64,000 bases of DNA from an uncultured Alphaproteobacteria bacterium. Lineage in GTDB: Bacteria > Pseudomonadota > Alphaproteobacteria > Rs-D84. Location of the stretch: assembly GCA_944389495.1 (NCBI GenBank), contig CALXMN010000002.1, forward strand, positions 18,775-82,774. Reading direction: 5' to 3'. The position numbers were made by a program, and so were the translations under genes. A model generated the notes under the pieces. It searched no databases and was not told the origin of the DNA. It worked only from the letters and a program-made list of their open reading frames with translations. Within the stretch, counting starts at the first letter, position 1. Each line of letters starts with the position of its first letter. This document shows, one piece after another, positions 57,922 through 64,000 of the stretch.

Positions 57922-58464
57922 ATGAAAAACTTGATCAAAAAAATGTTAACCCTGTCATCTGTTTTGGGTGTTATTGTGTTGTTGTCTGGGTGTGCCGGTT
58001 GTGGCCAGAAAAAAGCAAAACCGCAACCAAAGCCCAATCCACAACCAACTGAAACCGTTGTATTCTATCAGACGTATGAAGATTCGGATGTAAGTCGCGT
58101 TCACGCAAGAATGTATACCCACAGCAGTCACGGCGGTGAATCCAGAATGGGGGAAATTAAATTCTTGGAAACAGATGCAGGTTTAAAGATGGAAGTTGAT
58201 TTGAAAGATTTGCGTCCGGGCAAAGTTTATACCGTTCGCGTCCATCAATGCAGCAGCTGTAACAACAACAGTATGTGTTGTGACAAAGAACCAATGTCCG
58301 TTAATTTGCCAACGCTTAGTTCGCAACAGGCCGGCGGTCATTTAAAGGAATCGTTCATTATTCGCGGTTTGACGGCGGAACAGTTGAATAATGCAAAAAT
58401 TTATTTGGAACGTGATGGCGGTTACAAGGCCGGATGGGGAACGCTGAAAAAGGGTGCGTTATAA
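57922..58464 (+). CDS. Cu/Zn-superoxide-dismutase-like lipoprotein with non-canonical metal-ligand positions
   Basis: Lipoprotein signal (LLSGCAGC) after a strong SD. The SodC-like core is present (GEIKFLETDAGLKMEVDLKDLRPGKVYTVRVHQCSSC...AGGHL), but the HxH copper site reads RVH. Confidence 0.4.
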   Translation: MKNLIKKMLTLSSVLGVIVLLSGCAGCGQKKAKPQPKPNPQPTETVVFYQTYEDSDVSRVHARMYTHSSHGGESRMGEIKFLETDAGLKMEVDLKDLRPGKVYTVRVHQCSSCNNNSMCCDKEPMSVNLPTLSSQQAGGHLKESFIIRGLTAEQLNNAKIYLERDGGYKAGWGTLKKGAL

Positions 58465-58492
58465 AGTGTTCGGCATAACCAGTTGGTAAAAA

Positions 58493-58527
58493 ATTGCCCC
58501 AGATATATTTTTTGGGGCATTTTTTTA
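58493..58527 (+). terminator. Rho-independent terminator
   Basis: ATTGCCCCAGATATATTTTTTGGGGCATTTTTTT. Confidence 0.7.
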
Positions 58528-58573
58528 ATAAAAACACTTTAAGAAAAGATTCTTATATGTTAACATTATTTAC

Positions 58574-60139
58574 GTGGATGTAAGATGGACGATTTTTATT
58601 ACTTCTGTTTTCTTGGCATCGGTACAGGGATATGCGAATGCCAGTGTTGATTTTATTGGCAATAATAACTTTGATCCCGTGTGGGAGGTTGCCAATGATA
58701 TTTATATTCCCGATTCGGTCGTTATCAATGTTGATGACATAAAAATACTGAATTCTGTTAATATAGTTAATTATGGTTTGGTTTATGGCAATGTAAATGT
58801 TTGTCCTGGGTGTGATGTGTATATTAAAAATGCGGGATATGTCGGGGCAAACTTTTCTGTGCCGGATGATGCGCGTGTGATCCAGAAGATAGATGATGTT
58901 ACAGATATAAATTCAATTAATGTTGATGGAAATTTTCAAGTATGGGTCCAAGGTGTCGATAAAATTTCTTTGGATGGGTTGATGGATGTTTCGGCCAATG
59001 CTGATAAGATTGTTTTGACCGATGCAGGTGTGGCGTTGGGTGCGGGCGATATGGGCATTTTTAATTCTCCAGATGCACCAGAAATAGAATTGCGTGGTAA
59101 AATATCGCTGTATCTTGATGAAATTAATCCAGATGGAATGGTGTTGTCCAATGTTTATGGTGATGGCGCGATCCAGGTCGTTGCGGAAAATCTTGATCCT
59201 ATGTATCGTTTGGTTCCGCGTTTGACCGGAAATTCTTTATACATAGATGTTGTTCGTGACGAAGACTATTCCAAGGTTTTTGATGATTCAACGGGATCGA
59301 TTCTTGATGACCTGCGCCAGGAAAATCCAGATGATGAATTGTTAGGTGCATTGGATTCGGCACAAAATGCAGATGAGATAAATTCTGTTATCGCGCGTTC
59401 TGGACGATTAAACCCGATAAATTTAATGCGGTCGGTGCGTTTGTTTAATTCTTTTGAAATGTCGCGGCAGGGTTTAGATAGTACCGGAATTGGAATTGCA
59501 CCAATGTTTATGTTTTCAGATGATTTTAATCTGTTTGGTGCCACAATCGATGGTGCATATGCGTTGTCAAATAATTTCAAGATGTATGCATCTGTATATG
59601 CGGCCGGTATGAATTTTGATGATGGTTTGGATGTTTATGAAAGCGCGCTGTATGGCGGAAATGTGCACATAGCGTATAATTATGATGTTTTGTTTGCGCG
59701 TGCAATTGGTGGAATTACGATTGCCGATTTTGACATCGGTTCTGTTTTTGATGGAAACAAATTTGTTTCAGATCCATCGGGGCTTGCATTATATGGTGCC
59801 GCAGATCTTGGTATAAATCTGAATGTCATAGATGCTTTGGTTGTGTCGCCGTTTGTTCGGGTTGGATTCGATTATGCAAAAATACTTGATGTGTATGATT
59901 CCGATTTTATTACGGGGGCCGGATTGGATGCGATGTTTAATGTTGATGGATATGATATTAAATATCGTTATGGACTTGGGCTTGGCGTGGATACGCGTGG
60001 TTGGTTTAATGCAACGTTGCGTATGGATATTTTGTCGGCGACGGACGGGTTTGGTGGTAATGTGAATGTTGGTCTTGTTGGCGATGATGATGGAAACATC
60101 GGGTATGTTGCACGTGTCGGTGCAAAAATGTCTTTCTGA
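58574..60139 (+). CDS. Autotransporter-like outer membrane protein (passenger plus C-terminal beta-barrel), tentative
   Basis: The signal peptide has the non-canonical sequence MDVRWTIFITSVFLASVQGYANA. The N-terminal half is rich in N/D/G/V. The C-terminal region of about 250 aa has alternating aromatic and hydrophobic residues and ends ...VGAKMSF. Confidence 0.45.
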   Translation: MDVRWTIFITSVFLASVQGYANASVDFIGNNNFDPVWEVANDIYIPDSVVINVDDIKILNSVNIVNYGLVYGNVNVCPGCDVYIKNAGYVGANFSVPDDARVIQKIDDVTDINSINVDGNFQVWVQGVDKISLDGLMDVSANADKIVLTDAGVALGAGDMGIFNSPDAPEIELRGKISLYLDEINPDGMVLSNVYGDGAIQVVAENLDPMYRLVPRLTGNSLYIDVVRDEDYSKVFDDSTGSILDDLRQENPDDELLGALDSAQNADEINSVIARSGRLNPINLMRSVRLFNSFEMSRQGLDSTGIGIAPMFMFSDDFNLFGATIDGAYALSNNFKMYASVYAAGMNFDDGLDVYESALYGGNVHIAYNYDVLFARAIGGITIADFDIGSVFDGNKFVSDPSGLALYGAADLGINLNVIDALVVSPFVRVGFDYAKILDVYDSDFITGAGLDAMFNVDGYDIKYRYGLGLGVDTRGWFNATLRMDILSATDGFGGNVNVGLVGDDDGNIGYVARVGAKMSF

Positions 60140-60155
60140 GAAACAACAGGTGGTT

Positions 60156-61460
60156 TTATTTAACGATTTTTCCGCGTAAAGAAGCCTTGTTTGCGGCGGT
60201 AAATTTAATATTTGCCAATTGGGGGGCAGGTGCGTCGTGCGGCGTGTCGGTTATGCACGGTTGCATATACGGCGTACGGTATACCAGATGACGACCGGTT
60301 TTGTCGGGGCCTTCTAGCATACAGGGCAGGGTTTTGCCGACAAGCGATTCGTTAAAATTGCGTTGGATTTCGTTTAATAATGTATCAAGTTTTGTTAAAC
60401 GTTCTGATTTTATTTTTTCTGGAATTTGGTTTGGCATCAGTGCCGCCGCCGTGTGTGGACGTGGTGAATATTTAAATGAAAAAGAGTTAATGTATTTTAT
60501 GCGGCGTGCAATATCCAATGTTTGTTCAAAGTCCGAATCGGTTTCGCCGGGAAAGCCAACAATAAAGTCACTGGAAATTTGAATGTCGGGTCTGGCGTTC
60601 TTTAATTTGTCAACTATATCTATATATAGATTTAGCGTGTATGGACGGTTCATCTTTGTCAATACATTTTGCGACCCGCTTTGTATAGGCATATTTAAAA
60701 ATGGCAATAATTTTGGTTCTGTTCTGAAGGCGTCTATTAAATCGTCCGTCATTTCGGTTGGATAACTTGATGTAAACCGAATGCGTTTTATGGTGTCCAA
60801 TTTTGCCGTTGTGCCAATTAAATCCGACAGACGATAGATATGCCCATCAGGGGACGTGTATTTATATCCATTTACATTCTGGCCAAGGAAACATATTTCA
60901 ATTGCCCCGGTTTTTGCGGCGTGTGTTACGTCGCGTATGACATCGTCAAATGGACGTGATATTTCGCGGCCACGTGTGTATGGTACAATGCAATATGTAC
61001 AGCAATGATTGCAGCCTTCTTGAATTGGGATATAGGCCAGTGCAGGCGATGTGTCGGGTTGGGGCATTTCGTCGAATTTTTCCAATCCACCCAGGTCTAT
61101 GTTAAACAGTTTGGTATCCGGATTTTCCAGTATTTCGGGCAATTTATGATAACTTTGTGGTCCCAGAACAAAATTCAGTTCAGGAACGCGACGGAATGCC
61201 TCGGCACCCGATTCGCGTGCAACACAGCCGACAATTCCAAACAGCGCGTTTGGTTTCTTTTCCAATCGTATACGCCCCAGTGCGCTGAATACTTTATCCG
61301 TTGCTTTGGCACGGACCGCGCACGTGTTTAATATGATTATGTCCGCGTCCGGTATGTTCTCTGTTTGGTTCATACCACGGGCGCGCAGCATCGCGGCAAT
61401 CCGCTGGCCATCGTACACGTTCATTTGACAGCCGAATGTGTGAATATAAAACTGTTTCAT
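60156..61460 (-). CDS. miaB: tRNA-i6A37 methylthiotransferase MiaB
   Basis: The N-terminal MTTase cluster is FGCQMN and the radical-SAM CxxxCxxC is CNHCCTYC. A C-terminal TRAM domain is present. Confidence 0.9.
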   Translation of the reverse strand: MKQFYIHTFGCQMNVYDGQRIAAMLRARGMNQTENIPDADIIILNTCAVRAKATDKVFSALGRIRLEKKPNALFGIVGCVARESGAEAFRRVPELNFVLGPQSYHKLPEILENPDTKLFNIDLGGLEKFDEMPQPDTSPALAYIPIQEGCNHCCTYCIVPYTRGREISRPFDDVIRDVTHAAKTGAIEICFLGQNVNGYKYTSPDGHIYRLSDLIGTTAKLDTIKRIRFTSSYPTEMTDDLIDAFRTEPKLLPFLNMPIQSGSQNVLTKMNRPYTLNLYIDIVDKLKNARPDIQISSDFIVGFPGETDSDFEQTLDIARRIKYINSFSFKYSPRPHTAAALMPNQIPEKIKSERLTKLDTLLNEIQRNFNESLVGKTLPCMLEGPDKTGRHLVYRTPYMQPCITDTPHDAPAPQLANIKFTAANKASLRGKIVK

Positions 61461-61466
61461 CGTGTG

Positions 61467-61649
61467 TTATTTATGTTTTTGCTTTGTCGCACGGATACGG
61501 TTTGTATTTGCTGTATGTAGTTTTGTGGCCCGTGCATAGGCGGTGTGTTGTTGTTTGTTATTATAATAAGTTTCTGTATCCGGTATTTCTTTTACCCCAT
61601 ATTTTATGCCGGTGATTTTATCGTCTTCTATGATTGTGACTATTTTCAT
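61467..61649 (-). CDS. Hypothetical small ORF (60 aa from the internal Met); doubtful
   Basis: The track ORF 61467..61697 overlaps the gatB stop, and the internal Met at 61649 avoids that overlap. No recognisable family. Confidence 0.2.
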   Translation of the reverse strand: MKIVTIIEDDKITGIKYGVKEIPDTETYYNNKQQHTAYARATKLHTANTNRIRATKQKHK

Positions 61650-61668
61650 ATAATCCCCCTTTGGTTTA

Positions 61669-63192
61669 TTAGTCCAGTTTTTTATGTAACAATTCATTTA
61701 CCACGGTCGGATTCGCTTTACCACCGGTTGATTTCATAACCGCGCCAACAAAGAATCCCAGCAGCCCCGTTTTCCCGGATTTGTATTGTTCAACCTGGGG
61801 CGCGTTTTTGGCGATTACATCGTCCACAACCGATTCGATTGCGGTGGTATCGGTTATTTGCTGCATACCGAATTTTTCGGCAATCGCGCGCGGGGTACCC
61901 GTTTCGCCATCCAACATTTTGATGAATATTTCCTTGGCCTGTTTTCCGTTGATTGCGTTTTCGGCAATCATATCGACCAATTCGGCCAAATCAGATGGTG
62001 TGATAATCCGCGCTGTGCCTTGCTCAGATGTATCCAGCGCGTTTTTTGCATCCCAATTTTCGGGGTGTGCAAACAATTCAGAAATCATCCAATTCGCGAT
62101 GGATTTCGCGCGTTTTGGATTGTTACCAACCGCTGCATCAAACCATTTTGATATGTCTGTTGTTTCGGTCAGACGCGCGGCATCATATTCAGACAGCCCG
62201 AAATCGTGCACATAGCGCGCGCGTGTGGCCGCCGGCAATTCGGGCATATTGCTGCGAATGCGTTCAATTGTTTCTTCGCTGATTTCCAGTGGCAACAGGT
62301 CTGGGTCCGGGAAGTAACGATAATCCAAAGCGTCTTCTTTGCTGCGCATAACCGATGTTGTGCCATCGGCCTGGGAATAGCGCATTGTGTCCTGGGACAC
62401 TGTGCCACCATTTTCATATATTTCGATTTGACGGCGGGCCTCGTATTCAATGGCGGATTTAATAAATTTGAACGATACCATATTTTTTGTTTCTGTACGT
62501 GTGCGGAATTCGTTTGAGCCCGCGGGGCGTACAGATACGTTTATGTCCGCACGCATTGAACCTTCTTCCATATTTGCCTTGGATACGCCCAGCGCGCGGG
62601 CAATTTCGCGAATTTCACGCAGGTAACGTTCGGCCTCGTCCGGGGAAGATATATATGAATTGTTTTCTGGATTTTTTGTGTCCAAAAACGTTACTATCTC
62701 TAACAGTGCAACGCCTGTGCGGTTATAGTCTGCAAAGGATTTTGTTGGATGTACATCGTGTTTTAATTTTCCGGCGTCTTGTTCCAAATGTGCGCGTTCG
62801 ATTAAAATTTTCTTTTGTTTTCCATCGTCGCCCATAATTTCAACCCAGCCGCGGCCAACGATTGGCGGTTCTTCGGCCGGTTGGGAAATCTGATAGCCCT
62901 GGGGCAGGTCAGGGTAAAAGTATTGTTTACGGGCAAATTTACTGCGGCGGGATATTTCCGCGTTCAGTCCCAGCCCCATTTTAATCGCCTGTTCTACACA
63001 AAATTCGTTTAATACCGGCAACATTCCGGGCATAGCGACATCAACCATTGAAACCTGGGTATTGGGGGATATGGTCGGGTTATAGTCCGCGGACGCGCCA
63101 CTGAACAGTTTGCTGTTGGACAGAACCTCGATATGTGTTTCCAATCCGATAACCAATTCCCAATCTGTTGTTTTGCCCTTTATCGTAAACAT
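61669..63192 (-). CDS. gatB: Asp/Glu-tRNA amidotransferase subunit B
   Basis: The GatB N-terminus (WELVIGLETHIEL) and the C-terminal YqeY-like domain. 507 aa. Confidence 0.95.
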   Translation of the reverse strand: MFTIKGKTTDWELVIGLETHIEVLSNSKLFSGASADYNPTISPNTQVSMVDVAMPGMLPVLNEFCVEQAIKMGLGLNAEISRRSKFARKQYFYPDLPQGYQISQPAEEPPIVGRGWVEIMGDDGKQKKILIERAHLEQDAGKLKHDVHPTKSFADYNRTGVALLEIVTFLDTKNPENNSYISSPDEAERYLREIREIARALGVSKANMEEGSMRADINVSVRPAGSNEFRTRTETKNMVSFKFIKSAIEYEARRQIEIYENGGTVSQDTMRYSQADGTTSVMRSKEDALDYRYFPDPDLLPLEISEETIERIRSNMPELPAATRARYVHDFGLSEYDAARLTETTDISKWFDAAVGNNPKRAKSIANWMISELFAHPENWDAKNALDTSEQGTARIITPSDLAELVDMIAENAINGKQAKEIFIKMLDGETGTPRAIAEKFGMQQITDTTAIESVVDDVIAKNAPQVEQYKSGKTGLLGFFVGAVMKSTGGKANPTVVNELLHKKLD

Positions 63193-63245
63193 TTTTATTT
63201 TTCCTTGCTTTTTATCATTTGATACTTTATTATTCGTTTCACGTT

Positions 63246-63321
63246 GGCCAGATAGCTCAGTTGGTAGAGCAAGGGACTGAAAATCCCTGTGTCAGTGGTT
63301 CGATTCCACTTCTGGCCACCA
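63246..63321 (+). tRNA. tRNA-Phe (anticodon GAA)
   Basis: GGCCAGATAGCTCAGTTGGTAGAGCAAGGGACTGAAAATCCCTGTGTCAGTGGTTCGATTCCACTTCTGGCCACCA. Acceptor stem GGCCAGA/TCTGGCC, anticodon loop CTGAAAA, and an encoded CCA. Confidence 0.9.
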
Positions 63322-63325
63322 TTTT

Positions 63326-64000
63326 TTATTTCCCCATTATTTTTGTTGGACGATTATCGACACCTGCAAATTGCTCGATATGTTTTGCCAATTGCATCAC
63401 GCGCATATCATCAAATCTGCGTCCGACAACCTGGATACCCAATGGTAACCCATTTTGTGCCAGACCCGCCGGTACGCTGCACGCAGGAATGCCGGCCAGG
63501 TTCATCGCAACGGTAAATAAATCCAATGCATAGTATTCCAATGGTGATAAATCCGAATCCAGGGGCAGGGCCGTGCCAGCACTGGCGGGGCACAGTATTA
63601 AATCACACTGTTCAAATGCCGCGTTAAAACTGTCTGCAATCATACGGCGTACGCGGGCGGCCTGCATAAAGTATACTTCATACGATTCGCTGGACAGCAC
63701 CGCCGTGCCAATAATCATACGGCGTTGAACCTCGGTTCCAAAGCCTGCGGCCCGGGTTTTCTTATATGTATCTATTAAATCTGTGCCATCCACACGCAGA
63801 CCATAACGCATACCATCGTACCGCGCCAGGTTGGATGAAGCCTCGGCCGGGGCGATTATATAATATGCCGCCAATGCATCCAAAATGTTCGGTATTGATA
63901 TGTCAATAAATTCCGCACCAAGTGATTTTAAATCCGAAATACGGGATTCAAACAGATGTTTCATATCAGGGGATATTTCAACATTTGCAAATTCTTTTAT
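63326..64000 (-). CDS. gatA: Glutamyl-tRNA(Gln) amidotransferase subunit A, C-terminal part. The gene start lies beyond the window edge.
   Basis: Amidase-signature C-terminal region (...GLPLGIQVVGRRFDDMRVMQLAKHIEQ). The reading frame is open to the window end on the minus strand. Confidence 0.85.
   Translation of the reverse strand: MKEFANVEISPDMKHLFESRISDLKSLGAEFIDISIPNILDALAAYYIIAPAEASSNLARYDGMRYGLRVDGTDLIDTYKKTRAAGFGTEVQRRMIIGTAVLSSESYEVYFMQAARVRRMIADSFNAAFEQCDLILCPASAGTALPLDSDLSPLEYYALDLFTVAMNLAGIPACSVPAGLAQNGLPLGIQVVGRRFDDMRVMQLAKHIEQFAGVDNRPTKIMGK

Noticed and set aside
61467-61697. 76-aa minus-strand ORF between gatB and miaB
   Set aside because: The full ORF overlaps the gatB stop and has no family match. 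It is kept only as a very low-confidence feature from its internal Met and is not treated as a finding.
1-64000. Searched for CRISPR arrays, IS or transposase genes, integrase-flanked prophage, rRNA, tmRNA, 4.5S RNA and RNase P RNA
   Set aside because: No spacer-repeat periodicity exists apart from the single 105-bp tandem repeat. xerD is the only recombinase and it is the housekeeping dif-site enzyme. No conserved ncRNA signature strings were seen in the intergenic regions.

Overview
The window is a 64 kb chromosomal segment with the hallmarks of an AT-rich alphaproteobacterium, possibly a reduced-genome or host-associated lineage. The pointers are a Ros/MucR regulator, the gene order yajC-secD-secF, a SPOR-domain protein, and tRNA genes interleaved with gatA/gatB. 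Most of the window is densely packed housekeeping genes: recA, typA, serS, trxB, xerD, greA, mutL, yajC-secDF, ftsK, fabD, rarA, ybeY, lnt, trmB, gltX, thrS, tatA, dksA, trxA, a sufS/sufE-type cluster, ftsL/ftsI, recJ, nrnA, lolA, tatBC, an nlpD-like gene, miaB and gatB/gatA. It also carries two tRNAs: tRNA-Lys(CTT) on the minus strand and tRNA-Phe(GAA) on the plus strand. I saw no CRISPR array, no IS element or transposase, and no rRNA. Five accessory-looking stretches stand out. (1) A six-gene surface-polysaccharide glycosyltransferase cluster sits between recA and typA (2.35-8.4 kb). (2) A 105-bp tandem repeat with an internal palindrome follows trxB (about 13.29-13.53 kb). (3) A membrane-anchored phage-type lysozyme-TPR protein lies next to mucR (30.4-32.8 kb). 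(4) A tightly coupled four-gene minus-strand operon of uncharacterised proteins, with a divergent fifth gene, is wedged between lnt and trmB (34.8-37.6 kb); this is my best candidate for an undescribed system. Its products are a two-TM protein with a Pro/Ser/Thr-rich linker, a 167-aa unknown, a SUKH/SMI1-KNR4-like protein and an RHH_4 protein. (5) A surface and envelope gene block sits beside the tRNA-Lys gene (55.1-60.1 kb) and encodes an OMP beta-barrel, an oleate hydratase, a SodC-like lipoprotein and an autotransporter-like protein. Other oddities are an in-frame ybeY-lnt fusion ORF, a ThrRS that lacks the N-terminal TGS domain and sits behind a consensus sigma70 promoter with a long leader, an S41 peptidase homolog whose catalytic residues appear substituted, and tatA uncoupled from tatBC. 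All calls come from reading the ORF translations and the nucleotide sequence; no database search was possible, so every family assignment rests on remembered motifs.
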